A stretch of DNA of 62,943 nt, counting the filler, from Collodictyon triciliatum (lineage: Eukaryota): NCBI GenBank assembly GCA_043381765.1. It is 4 parts of 4 records of this genome, joined end to end, with 100 filler letters (N's around TTAATTAATTAA, not from the genome) between each part and the next. Parts side by side here need not be neighbours in the genome. Positions count along the whole stretch, not along the records: positions 28,123 to 55,898 come from JBHJMP010000986.1; 3 more parts are not named here. One strand, written 5' to 3'. Of this stretch, positions 40,192 to 52,799 are shown in pieces. A model generated the notes under the pieces. The model saw only the letters and a list, made by a program, of their open reading frames with translations. It searched no databases and was not told the origin of the DNA. Both the position numbers and the translations under genes were made by a program. Numbering within the stretch: position 1 is the stretch's first letter; each line of letters starts with the position of its first letter.

Positions 40192-41256
40192 TGAACCATT
40201 ACCCCTCTGCCGAAATGGATTAAAATTGGAAAGAAATAAAAGACCACCAAGTATCTAATGGATGGAGATTCTCTGATGGTTTTTTTTTTAAAAAAAAAAA
40301 TGTCGAGGAAAAGTATGTTGGGGCGCGGTGGGTGCTTCGCGGGTGTAGGGAATAATCTCATTATGTGTATTGTCAAGGGGTGGGGATGAAAGCACTCTAT
40401 TCTTCTACATTATTCGTATAATGGGGTGCGCTATCTATTCTCCTGTTTGTGCAAACCGATGAGGCGGAGCGGGATACTATCTGATTGGGCTCCTAATATC
40501 TTTGCTATCTTCCTAGGCCAATCGTGTCAGAGCCCGCGTGATGTCTGTTATATTTTGCGGCGAGAGAATGCAGATGCGGAAATATAGAGAATTACATTTA
40601 TGGAATTTATAATATAATTTATAAAGTTCTATTTTTTCATTTAATAATTATTATATATAAAATAAAATATATTATCATAAATATATAATAAATTAGCGCC
40701 GACGTACATTTGGTGGAGCAAAAAGGGCTGGCCAGAAGGAGACAAAAACCCAATCCGTACAGTGCGGCCTTTCTGGGGAATTTCTTAAAGCAACATCCTC
40801 CAGAAAAGTATTTCCCATATAAAGAAGTAAATAACGAAGGGGATTTAGGAGATTCCCATGAATATTGGAATTGCCAAAGAATATTTCCTTAATGGGATTC
40901 ATTTCTGCTAAGAAAAGGCCATATGTAGACAATGTCGACAGGTGATGACGTGGAATTTGTAAGCAAATGGCGGGAACTTCGGGTAATTTGCGAGTATATA
41001 TAGTGGAAAGTGCGAACGTCCCCAAAATGTGTGCCATTAGTCAATATCCACTCACAACAGACGCGAACAATCAAGAAAGCGCAAGTGACGCCCAACAAGG
41101 AGGGAAAACACCAACACAAGCAAAAACCGCCCGGCGAAACGAGGCGCTAGGGAAATGAGACAGGATACGGAGGGGATAGAGAGGGAGAGACAGGGTACGT
41201 GCCAGAGGAAATGAGTGGGACTAACGCTCCTCCTTCAGCATACCACCAAGGAAAAG

Positions 41257-41937
41257 ATGGAGACAGCACCGAGCAAAATGAGCCGCAGCGAGATACATGC
41301 CGACATAGCCGAGTACCTGCGCCTAGTAAGTGAGCAGCAAGAACAGCAGCAGCAGCAGCAACAGCAACAACAAAGCAACAAACGGGCCCGAGCAGAGACG
41401 CCCGAGACAGATGCGCAAGACATGAGCAAAGCAGGGAGCGACAAACACAAGGACGCCAGAACAGACAGCAGGAGCGACCAAAGCGGAGCGGACGAGGAAA
41501 GGGAAAGTGCAGAGGAGACTGCGGCGTGGGCGAGTGCAGCCGTGCCGCGCAGCGTGGCGGAGCTTCTGCAGCGGATGCGGACGTACGGGATTGTGGAGGA
41601 CTACTGCGTGTACGGCGGGCTGCTGCTGCTCCACCGGTTCCTGCAGGCACGGCGCTGCGCACTGACTCCGCACACCGTCCGCCCGCTCTTCCTTGTCGCC
41701 GTCCTCCTTGCCACAAAGTTCCTCGACGACGTCACCTACAACTCGGCCACCTTTGCGTCCATGGCCGACATCCAACTCGTCCTCCTCAACGCCCTCGAAG
41801 CCCGCTTCCTCCGCGCCCTCCGCTTCAACTGCTGCCTCGCCCTCCCCCACCTCCTCGCCGTCGCCCGCCATGTCCACGCCGCCGTCCGCCCGCCACAACC
41901 ACAACCACAGCCACAGGCCGCCCCTCTCTCTGTCTGA
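41257..41937 (+). CDS. PHO80/U-type (P-type) cyclin with N-terminal poly-Gln
   Basis: SVAELLQRM, LTPHTVRPLFLVAVLLATKFLDDVTYNSATFA...LNALEARFLRALRF. Probable 44-nt 5'-UTR intron 41195-41238 (GTACGT...CTAAC...CAG) and a TATA-like element near 40995. Confidence 0.9.
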   Translation: METAPSKMSRSEIHADIAEYLRLVSEQQEQQQQQQQQQQSNKRARAETPETDAQDMSKAGSDKHKDARTDSRSDQSGADEERESAEETAAWASAAVPRSVAELLQRMRTYGIVEDYCVYGGLLLLHRFLQARRCALTPHTVRPLFLVAVLLATKFLDDVTYNSATFASMADIQLVLLNALEARFLRALRFNCCLALPHLLAVARHVHAAVRPPQPQPQPQAAPLSV

Positions 41938-42829
41938 CTCTCCTCTCGTGTCCATGTATATCTCCTCTCGTGTCCATGAGTTATTCCCTCCCCTTTCTAT
42001 ATATCTATACTTGTCTGACCCTCTCGCTTTCAGTTTCTACTAATACCTCTCTCTCTACCTCTCTCTACCTCTCTCTCCCTCTCTCTCCCACTTCCCTGTC
42101 ATTAAACTGCTCGCGTTTACCCCTCGCTCTTTGCTACGCGTGATTTTATGTCGGGCACTGTCATTTGTCCCTGGATCGCTCTCATGCCAATATCACAAAT
42201 ACAAAAAACAAAAATCACAAATAAAAAAAATGCTCGAGTGGCGCTGCCAATTATTTCCGCTTTGGGCGATTGCAGCACAACTCTATTGCACTTAATGTAC
42301 TCTGTTTCACGGACTTATTTTCTGTGTATTTTATTGTTCTGCAATACATCTGTTAGAGAAATACGATATACACGTATATATTCCAAAGATAGCCACATCA
42401 TTTTTGGATAATGAACATTTATTGGCACACCCACAATGATATAATTCTTCCCTGCTCATCCTATGTCACAGCTAATATAGCATCATCGTAGCGGTTCATC
42501 ATTCTTTAAAATTGTACGATTCTGGAAAACTAATGTGGAAATATCAACATCACCAATTTTTGAGAAGTCAAGACGGTCGCAGCCTCTGGATATATATTCC
42601 GGATTCTTATTATCGGATGTTCAGGGATGCAAAATGATATGGACATTCCACCACCCGACGTTTACATTCGAACCGCAAAGGGCTTCGATTCTTTGAATCC
42701 TCCTGTCGGATGGGATACACGTCGCTTCGAAAGCATAAAATATCATGTCGCCAGGACTTTGATCAGGAGTTCTGTATATTGCAGCATATCAGTCTCGAAA
42801 AGAGGGAAAGCTCTTGGTCAGAACAAGAA

Positions 42830-43419
42830 CAAGAAAAGAAAAAGAGAAGAGAAGAAAAGAAAAAGAGAAAAGAAAAAAAGAAGAAAAGAAAAAGAGAAGA
42901 AAAGAAAAAGAAAAAGAAAAAGAAAAAGAAAAAGAAAAAGAAAAGAGAAAAAAGAAAAGAGAAGAAAAGAAAAGAAAAAAGAAAAGAAAAAGAAAAAGAA
43001 AAGAAAAAGAAAAGAAAAAGAAAAAGAAAAGAAAAAGAAAAAGAAAAGAAAAAGAAAAAGAAAAAAGAAAAAAGAAAAATGAAAATGAAACAGAAAATGA
43101 AAAAGAAAAAAGAAAAAACGGAAGGAATTGGCCAAAGAGCAAGACACGTCCCGATAGTTCAGACCAAAACAGACCAATTCTTGGATCAGAATGGGATGAA
43201 GCCAGAAACACATCTTCGCTCAGTCTCTTACCCAGCCACACTGTCCTTCTCACAATCCGTACCCAATGCCATCAAACGCCTTCCCATCCTCGGCTTTTGG
43301 CAAAGTCTAAATCTCTAGGAGTCATCCAATCTAATAAGAAAAAAAGAAAAAGAAAAAGAAAAAGAAAAAGAAAAGAAAAAGAAAAAGAAAAAGAAAAAGA
43401 AAAAGAAAAAGAAAAAAAA
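42830..43419 (+). repeat. (GAAAAA)n purine tracts (42830-43118, 43337-43419)
   Basis: Directly visible; source of the K/R/E-rich ORFs. Confidence 0.9.
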
Positions 43420-44076
43420 GTTAAGGGTCTTTAATTGTCGTTTATCGGTCTGCCTGTTGCGTTGTACATTCATTTGCTGCATACGTTTGACACGTTGGAT
43501 GACGACAAGATTTCTCGAAAGAACTCACATGACTAACAAATGCATACAAGACAAAGGCTGTGCCGTCAGTGTGACACGAAGTGATGCTTTCCTTTCCTTT
43601 CCTTTCCTTTCCTTTCCTTTCCTTTCCTTTCCTTTCCTTTCCTTTCTCCTCTGTTCTATTGACGAATCCATGCGCACTGCATATCCCTCAACCTTCCATT
43701 TAACCTCCCACACGTGGACTCTATGAAACTCTCCCAACGTCCTTCTTCATATTCTGTCTGCACTCTTCTTTCTTCTGCAATTAATACTGTCATTCCTTTC
43801 GGTCAGACTTTTTTGTGACTCGGTCTCGTGTCTTTCAGTTCCTGCATTCACACACATATACACATATACATATATATCCGCATATACTCTACTTTGTATT
43901 CGCAGGCGTGCATATATGCAAGTTTACATATATATACATATCATATATGTAAATTATAAACCCTTAAATCACGACTAGGAGTCAAAACGATGCATACTAC
44001 TCGAACGCTCAAGCCTGGCTCAGCTCCAAATCCCACTCTGCAGCCGCAAACACCGATACCCCGACTCTGCACGACA

Positions 44077-47000
44077 ATGTCGGACGATGAAGAACACGGT
44101 ACGCACTTTGCTTGCCCGATATTTCTCTCTGATATGGAATTGTTCATATTATATAGAATTATACATTATCATTATCATTCTTTATCTTAGTCTTTTTTCT
44201 TTTTTCCTTTTTCTTTTTTCTTTTGTCTTTTGCCTTTTTTCTTTTTTCTTTTTTCTTTTGTCTCTTTTCTGTGCGGCTAACCCACGTCTTTGCCTGCCAC
44301 TGTTTGTGTCGCAATGTGACCACAACGTCCTGTCCTTTGTCCTTTTTATACCGCACCAGCGAATATATTTACTTCTATTTATATGATAGGCTCAAAGACC
44401 TTTTGTAAAATACCACTCAATCCAACCCTTTTTTCCCCACACAATCCGCCAACTTCGTTGTGTATGAAAAACATCAACAACAGAAGACGTTGAGGCATCG
44501 GTATGTCCTTTAATGGCGTTCTCTGAATCATTTACCAATTCTTCGGGTCTTATCTTCTCTTTCTTTGGTGTGTAAATTGTATATACATAATATTATGTGC
44601 TTATCTCTAATCGTTTACCAAAGGTTCAAGCCCTTTCGCGGAGATCGAGTGTTGGGGGGCTCTTTAGCAAGTTTGCCGGGTTCAAACCAACAGAGTACCG
44701 ATTAATATCAAAACCATTCTCGACAAATCCAATCATCTTCTTGCTTTATTATATTCCTCCGGTATTGTCTGAATAGTATGAGTGAATAAAAAAACATTAT
44801 GTTTTTTTTTTTTTTAAAAAAAATAAGATGGCTCGTTTTTCTTCGTGAGCTCTGTATGATTACTCTTCATTTTCTTACTCAAATTCATCCATATCATTCA
44901 TAGAAAAAAGACCAGTCTTGGATGTCTCACATTAGCCGATCCTTGTGCGAGAGCAAAAGTATAGACCCATTCACTGTTCTCTCCTCGCTTTTTCATTCAT
45001 AATTGCTACAAACAGAAGTTGATTATCACATATGGGCCATCCTTTTTTTTCTTACTCTTTTCTTTTTTTCTTTTTTAATTTTTTTAGAACAATCCCGTTT
45101 CACTTATGCCATTATTATATCATATATGATATGCAATTCAATACGTCCCTTTTCTTCCTACGTCATCCCTCTTCCATTTTCTTTACAATAATATGGTGAA
45201 AGGCATCGACTCGAATTCCTTCAGTTTTAATATTTCTGTGCAATATGTGGACAGGAATTATCAAGATACTCAATTATAATCTCTTTGAAATATTAGAGAA
45301 TAGACGATGGGTGCATCATCGCATCATTTATGGACCCATGTAATCCTGAGTGTTGCAAGGAAATCATGTCCCGTCTTCCGAAAGCCGTCGAACAAGAAGC
45401 TGCCGATGGGGTTGCTCATTGGATTTTATTAGGTTTCTTGCTGATTTTTTCCACTTTTATCAAAATATTAAGAAAATATTCATTTTGGATAGGATACAAT
45501 GATTTCCATGCGAGTGAAAGAATCCTTATTCCCCGAAAATAAGATTATGCTTCAATTCTAGTGCTACACGTAAATCCTATTTGGTCGAGATTATCTCATG
45601 ACTCAGTCACCCATACATCTAGGCTCCCATCAGAGATTCCATTTGTTGAATGAGTTCAAGAAACTAGCTTTCTATCCTGAGCCTCTGCGTGCTCCCTACA
45701 CACTGGTTGTACACAAGTTTGTTGATTATTATTATTATTTTTTTACGAAATCTTTTCTTATATTGAACTTTCGATATAAAAACTAAATCAACTTTAGAAA
45801 CCCTAGTATTCATCTAGATTGAGTTTATTATCAAATATCCTGTTTCGGCATAGGGGTCATTAAAATCATCAAACTGAATCGTCCATTACAATCTAGGTAC
45901 TTATTCAAGGGCATAAAAACAGCACTTGAGTATATCAAGGTTAATCCGAAATCGTTGAAGAATGCTGCTGATTTGGTATAGTTCATATTTCCGTCGCCTT
46001 TATAGAATCTGCGTTTTTTTTCTTTTACATAAAAACAAAAATAAAAAATGTCCAGAATATTTGAGCACCCTATAATCCTTTTCCGATCTACCCGCATTTA
46101 GTACTATATTTGAATAATCATTTATATTTTTTTTGGAAACCTATCAGTACAACATCAAAATGTAATATCGCCCCTACTTGTAAATAACGGAATGGGCTTT
46201 ATAACCCAGTAGCTTCTCCCTCCTTGTGCTAACTGAAAATTGCAATACTTATCAGGCAAAATACACATCTGTATTTAAGAAACTTGGGGACATTCAATCT
46301 CTGTCCTCATATGAGGCCAAGAAGGCTCCTGAGGATGCACGTTCCATTATCTTAAACCCAACGGCCCAGGCGGTACTAACAGAAGCTCATTCTCTCTTAC
46401 TGAGCCCCGACTTTCACTCTGCGCTTCTTCGTTCTGTTCGAGAGCCGGATGCTTCGGCGATTATGGGGTAAAGTTGATTTACAAAAGTATCTATATACTT
46501 TGCGATGGCTTTTCTAATTTCGCCAATATATTTCCAGTTTCTACTCTACTATTCGCATTATCTTTCAGTTTGAAATTCATTTAACTACGTTTATCTATTT
46601 TTTTAAATGAATTAGTAGCCACTGTGTATTGTCCTTTTTTTTTTTTTAAAAAAAAAAACAAAAACAAAAACAAAACACATAAACTCAATACAGATTTCTC
46701 AAATCGATACCCCGGATACTGAGCTCGTCTTACATTCCCTCGGAGGCAGACATACGTAGCATCCCACCAAATTCTAATTCTTCGTCAAAGTTCTGGACTG
46801 TCCCATTCAACACGTCATGTCGGAAGTATAGGTATGTAAATAAAACACATGGATGGGTGATTCCAAGTTTCTCCATATTACTCTTTTTTTGGCGTTTCTT
46901 GTAAATTTGTCAATAAAAATCCTTCTTATCTGTTGTGTTTTCTGCCTGGTATACCCCAAAAGCTTGGCGATTATATTGCCAAGATATTATAGACATACTT

Positions 47001-48855
47001 TTGCATGCTAAATATGGATATACCTTACCTTTTTCTAAAATACCATCACGCAACTAGGGTTATCGACATGGGTTCCATCGAGTCGAATACATATAGCCTT
47101 ATCTCCAAACTTCGCAAAACGGCGCAAATGATTGTATTCTACGTGGATTTAATGGAGTTTGTTGAATATATTTCCCTATTAAATAGATGGTGTCACGCTC
47201 ATTTGTTTGTATCAATTTGTGCAGTTACTCACGCACCACCGGAGGAAGAAATAACCTAGAGTTGCTGTTCGATGTCTTTGAACATCTTTGTTGGTAAGTT
47301 GTCTTTTTGAATAATCCATACTTTTAGTTAAATATCTGGTTTTGTGATATGGTTAAATTCAATCTTTATATTTTTATTTGGTGATGCCAAAATGAGGCGT
47401 ACGAAAAAAAAAAGATGAATTCCTTTCACAATCAGCCAGTCTCTTTTCTGTATCATTTATATATATATATATTAATATTAAGACAATTAACGATAGTCGA
47501 CTCCAAATAAACCCTCATTATATTCTACCCAAAAAGCAATACCACACCCCTGAGATACATAACACTGAACCACTTTGATTGATTGTTTAGGAATGTTAAG
47601 AAAATGGGTGAAAGTCCGGGTCTTGCTGGTGAAATGGTATCTTTTTTTTTTATGAACAATTCAGCTTCATGTAATTGTAGCCATTCAGTTATATTTGACG
47701 AAAGAAAAAAAAAAGTAAAATAATTAAACCGATTCACTCGATGGGTCTTAAATATTGCTTTCACTAAATCTAATCTAATTTGCTTGTGTGCCTGTTACGC
47801 AAATAATCACCAAAGAATCAAGGTTTTTTATTTTTCAAAAGACAAAAACTACCAATATCTACAAAATAATTTTAATAACCTAATCCATTTATTTTATTCT
47901 GTTCGGAAATGATTATGTTTGGTTTGACACTTTGTCATACCTCCTTTTGCTTTTTCTAGTCTTCATTATATTTCTAAAATATTTTCTCTGTTATCACTAC
48001 TATATATATATATATATATATTAAAAAAAAAAAAAAGACTCAACGACCTTGAACTTAGCGCCTCCATCCATTTCTCCACTGCCCTCCCCTACATCGCCTC
48101 TCAGCATGGAGAGAACAACACAAACAAAGTATCGGACATTGCCACCCATTATAATCGTCTTGGACTCTATCGAGAAGGTGGAGTGTCACCTACCATCACG
48201 ACCTTTTCGTAGCGCATTTCCTGATTTTATCGGTTTGTTTTCGTTTCATTGGTTGCACCTACAACACTTTTATTTTAATTTTAATACATACATTTGATAT
48301 CTATGCAATTCGATGCAAAATTTTAAGCTACACATCTTTCTGCTGTGAAAGTCTTTTTGTCCTGCACTCTCCAAAACATATGGATGGGTATCCAGTCTGA
48401 AGGCGGTTTAAATTACAAATTAAAATACACTTAGGCCCACGCGAGGATATCAACACAGTGCTTCACTTTGTGGAAGCTCGCTTTATGGTTATTTCCAAGG
48501 GTGACTCCATGTTTAGACAAGTCAAGTGGGTGGCCCATACAAATCATTTTGATATAATTTCTATTTACACTAAATCTTGAGTGGTTAGAACAAAACAGAT
48601 ATGGTTTTTTTTTAATTAAAAGCAAAACAACGATGACAAAACACAAGGAAATAATAGTACAAACCACTGAAAACATAAGACAGAAAGAAGTAACACCACT
48701 TTATCCATCCACGTATCTATAGACATGAGCTGCATTTTGTTCGGACATCCGAGCTGTCGACATCATGCCCCTTATACTCAGGCAGCTCTGAACAGCAATT
48801 AGTTTACGAGAGTCTTCGCTCGCACATAATCGACAAAAGCCAAATAATCTCGTAG
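44077..48855 (+). CDS. Highly divergent heterotrimeric G-protein alpha-like protein (pseudo-GTPase), 15 exons
   Basis: Exons 44077-44098, 44484-44500, 44624-44694, 44904-44958, 45297-45432, 45623-45716, 45897-45975, 46256-46467, 46694-46831, 47058-47156, 47225-47293, 47591-47628, 48059-48232, 48435-48525 and 48723-48855 join by GT-AG with no stop. The product is colinear with G-alpha: AKRIDD, WILLG, FLKSIPRILSSSYIPSEADI, RVIDMG, MIVFYVDLMDY, NNLELLFDVFEHLC, PIIIVLD, PFRSAFPDFIG, VLHFVEARF, QLVYESLRSHII. Confidence 0.8.
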
Positions 48856-49664
48856 ACCAGCGCGTGCCCCTTTTCTCGCCCCTCTCTACTCAGGCGTCTT
48901 CCGTCTCCTCTGTCGGTTTCAACTCCCTCTTCCCAACCGCACCAGTGCCGCTTCACGTCCCACTGCCGCGGATGCCCGCAGACTCTGGCATTGGATTCGC
49001 TCCACGGAGGGGTGTGGCCCAATATGTACATAACAGAGATATAAAGCTGCAAAAGATACAGACACCCGCTCCGCTTGTTTGTGCTGTGCTGGACGGTTTT
49101 TGATATCGTGATAGAGGACAGCCTGGCCGATGGAATCACCAGGAAGGAAAGGAGAAGAAAGGAAGCTCTTTTTAAAAGTGTTTTATTAATCAAGATGTGT
49201 GACCGCGGTGGCTTCAAGAGTGTTCCATGTAACAGCTTAAAGAACATGAAATATGGAGGCATGAAACATATATATGAGAAGGACGAGTGTATTTCTTTTT
49301 TTTTTTTTTTCTCTCGTGAGGATGTTTGGACGTAGTAATTGTCTGAGATACGAATATGATAACATAATTTCGACAAAAGGAAAGATGATGGTGCGATTAT
49401 TAATAACAAAGGCAATCCGAGTGGTATTTTTTTTTTCCCCCGCTGGGGGATGCTGACAGGCCGATAATCAGAGCCTGGTTAACCAAAGAGCAATCGGGAT
49501 GGCAACAAGTATCACTGGGAGCCTTGTCTCACCCTATTGCCCGAAGTAACCACACCAGATTCGACCAAATAAGATAACTGAAACACAAACATAAATCGGC
49601 AGTAAAGAAGCGGAGCGAAAAATGAGGCGAAGAGAGGATAACAACAAAAGAGGCAGGGTAGACG

Positions 49665-49668
<4 letters not shown>

Positions 49669-49754
<86 letters not shown>
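49669..49754 (+). repeat. (GA)n microsatellite abutting the stop codon of the TMEM64-like gene
   Basis: Directly visible. Confidence 0.97.
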
Positions 49755-49755
<1 letters not shown>

Positions 49756-49756
<1 letters not shown>

Positions 49757-50197
49757 TAGACGAGAGTCTCGACTATGGGGACGATGCCGTGCCTATTGTT
49801 TTCGGAATGCAGCCTGTTCTGCTGCTCATCAATCTCGATGATCTTTGCGTATATCTCGTCGACAAAGCGGGTGCCGTAGCGGTAGATGCCGTAGAAGAAG
49901 AGAACGGCGCCGACAATCTGGGTCAGAAGCAGCGAACGCTCCCACGGGCCGAGCTCCACATCGCCCATCATAAAGTCAGAGATGTCCTTCATGGTGCCGC
50001 CGGCCAGCATGTAGACAAAGATTTCCGGGATGATGATGGCCAGCGAACCCACCACGTAGATCCACAGCGCCTCAGACCCGGTCATCAGCAGACTCAGCAT
50101 CACATTCTGCAGTCCGATGGGCAGCGGCGAAAGACGCGTCACAATCACAATCTGCGGCAGATATGGTAAGTGCGGTTCTTATTTTCTGGTGGGGGAT

Positions 50198-50257
<60 letters not shown>

Positions 50258-51224
50258 AAACCTTCCAATGGTGGTCGGCCAGCTCCCGATGGAGATGTTG
50301 CATGACTTCTGTGTTTGAGAACTTTGAAGTGATCCATGGGCTACGTGCAAGGAAATGAAGGAGTTCAGACAGTCGCTATTGGTGAGGAGCTTGACTTGGC
50401 ATGCCCTTTGTTTCTTTCTTTCCTTTTTTTATTTTTCTTAATATGTAAGACAGATATCCGTATCAGGCAACGTACCGGAGTCTGGAGTGGCATAGCATCC
50501 ACGTGAAGACAAGACCTGATCAGAGCATTAAAAAAACATCTTAATAGAAAAAGAAAAGAAAAGAAAAGAAAAGAAAAGAAAAGAAAAGAAAAGAAAAGAA
50601 AAGGAAAGAAAAGAAAAGAAAAGAAAAAGAAAAAAGACAACAAGTGTGTAAAAGAAAGATAGTGAGAACGAGAGGAAATATACCGAGAAAAGTGCCGAGG
50701 CAGAGTGGAGTCAGGGCAGCGGCAAAGCCGAGAGAAAAAGTAGACGTGACGCACAGGCCGATGAAGAGAAAGGGGACGGGCAGCAGCTGCGTGGTGAACA
50801 TCCCGAGACCGACCAGCAAAAGACCGACACCTGACGCGTCGCCATAGAGTTGCACATATTGAAGTAGAGGAGAGAGAAAGAGAGACGTAAATAAGAAAAA
50901 GAAAAAGAAAAAGAAAAAGAAAAAGAAAAAGAAAAAGAAAAAGAAAAAGAAAAAGAAAAAAGAAAAAAGGAAAGAAAAGAAAAAGAAAGAAAAAAGAAAA
51001 ACGAAAAAAGAAAAAGGGAAACAGAAACTAGTAAAAGACATACGGCCAAGAGACTCGGACCACAGGATGTACGAGTTGACGGCCAGGTAGAACTGCTGCC
51101 TGCAGGCGTAGAGGGCGAAGAGCGACGTTGCGCAGAGGGCAGCGACGGCACCCACAACCGGCCCACGCATCAGGCCGTCCACCCAGCTGCTTTTGTCCTT
51201 GCCCAGGCTGCCTGCAAAGACCAT
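49756..51224 (-). CDS. TVP38/TMEM64 (VTT/DedA-domain) membrane protein, 5 exons
   Basis: ATG 51224. LPVPF...FSLGF...LGTFLG|GLVFTW, HHWK|IVIVTRLSPLPIGLQNVMLSL, YVVGSLAIIIPEIFVYMLAG. Confidence 0.82.
50198..50256 (+). repeat. (TAGA)n intronic microsatellite
   Basis: Directly visible. Confidence 0.95.
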
Positions 51225-51587
51225 TGCGCTGCCCGGCCGCTGCCCAGTCAGTCTCTATTCTTTCTTTCTTTCTTTCTTCCTTTTACTCCCCTCACTTCAA
51301 CCAGATATCTCAGTGCGACATGCGTCTGTGATCAGTTTGAAGGGTGTGATCATTGTGATCGCGAGTCCTAGTATGATGCGCGCTGTGTAAGCCGCAGACC
51401 ATATCGCTTCCGGCAGGTTGACTCTGCTATGGGTTTGGCCTGTCTGGCGAGTAGACATTGCCCTGGTTGCTGAGGATTCCATGAAGGGTACCTAGTTCGG
51501 CGTGTGAATTGTGGCTGAGATTTGTCCTGTTCTGGATGTTGCCTGTGGTTCGCTCGTCGAGGGCGGAACGCGGTCTGTGTCGGGGTA

Positions 51588-51931
51588 NNNNNNNNNNNNN
51601 NNNNNNNNNNNNNNNNNNNNNNNNNNNNNNNNNNNNNNNNNNNNNNNNNNNNNNNNNNNNNNNNNNNNNNNNNNNNNNNNNNNNNNNNNNNNNNNNNNNN
51701 NNNNNNNNNNNNNNNNNNNNNNNNNNNNNNNNNNNNNNNNNNNNNNNNNNNNNNNNNNNNNNNNNNNNNNNNNNNNNNNNNNNNNNNNNNNNNNNNNNNN
51801 NNNNNNNNNNNNNNNNNNNNNNNNNNNNNNNNNNNNNNNNNNNNNNNNNNNNNNNNNNNNNNNNNNNNNNNNNNNNNNNNNNNNNNNNNNNNNNNNNNNN
51901 NNNNNNNNNNNNNNNNNNNNNNNNNNNNNNN
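51588..51931. other. Assembly gap (344 N)
   Basis: N run; probably hides COX6B exon 2. Confidence 1.
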
Positions 51932-52008
51932 AAAAAAAACGAAAAATAGAAAACAACCACGCATGACAAAAGCGAAGCGAAATGAAAAGTTAAAGAAGAG
52001 AAGCAAAC

Positions 52009-52185
52009 CCAGTAGGTGGGGCAGAGAGACGTGTAGCTTCTCTTGAAGGGCTCGCACTGGGCAGCTCCCTCGCCTTTTTGCTTGATGCATTGCTGGTATT
52101 CCACAAAGCTGTACCAGCAGTGCTTGGTTTGGTTGGTGTTTGGGAAGCGCGGATCCCATGGGGCGGTGTATGACTTGTCGGCCAT
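52009..52185 (-). CDS. COX6B: Cytochrome c oxidase subunit 6B, exon 1
   Basis: TAPWDPRFPNTNQTKHCW...Y..C...KGE....C..F...Y.SLCP..W; donor at 52008. Confidence 0.95.
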
Positions 52186-52799
52186 TGTGCGGAAGTCTCT
52201 TGCTTCTATACGGGTGTTTCCAAGAGTCGGCAGCAGAGTTTAAGAGAGAGTATATATGCATATGTTTGTGTATCTGTATGTGTCCTTCATTGGCGGCATA
52301 AGTGAGCACTGTCTCTCCCGGAGCAGCCTTCTTTTTCCTCAACGATCCACAACTTATTTTTCTCTCACTCTCTTTTTTACTCTCTTTTACTCTCTCCGGC
52401 CTGCTTCACACGTCTGGGTGAGTGTTGCTTGGCTGCCGCTGCGGGTTGATGGGCTGTTCTTGTTGGATTCAAGGCCTTCGTCTCCGATTGTGACGAGCAG
52501 ATGAATATTCAATGAAAACCGTCCTGTGTGGAAGATATATTTTTATGGGTACCATTGTGGGCTCCAGGTTGACAATACAAAATTGGTATGAATTATTTTT
52601 AATATTCAAAGAAACTCTGACATTTTCATTTACCAATCTTTCAGTAAGTTTGTTTATAAATGGAAATTATAAACCACAAAACTTAAAGCTCCACTTAGTG
52701 ACCAATGCGCATGAAATCAATAAAAGAAACCGTAAATATGCAATGCGTATTGAAATGCTTCGGCAAATGTGTTTATCCTCCATCCGGTTTATTTGAATA

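Noticed and set aside
42627-43434. Lys/Arg/Glu-rich and Phe-rich ORFs here and at 28075, 35976, 40059, 50541 and 61343
   Set aside because: Translations of microsatellites or read-through into introns.
31368-48855. Receptor fragment and pseudo-G-alpha as a functional gene cluster
   Set aside because: They are 11 kb apart with unrelated genes between, and adjacency in a eukaryote gives no support for coupling.
48856-49103. Open frames after the pseudo-G-alpha stop (read-through or an extra gene)
   Set aside because: The stop falls where the G-alpha alpha5 helix ends, and short open frames are expected in GC-richer 3' UTR sequence.
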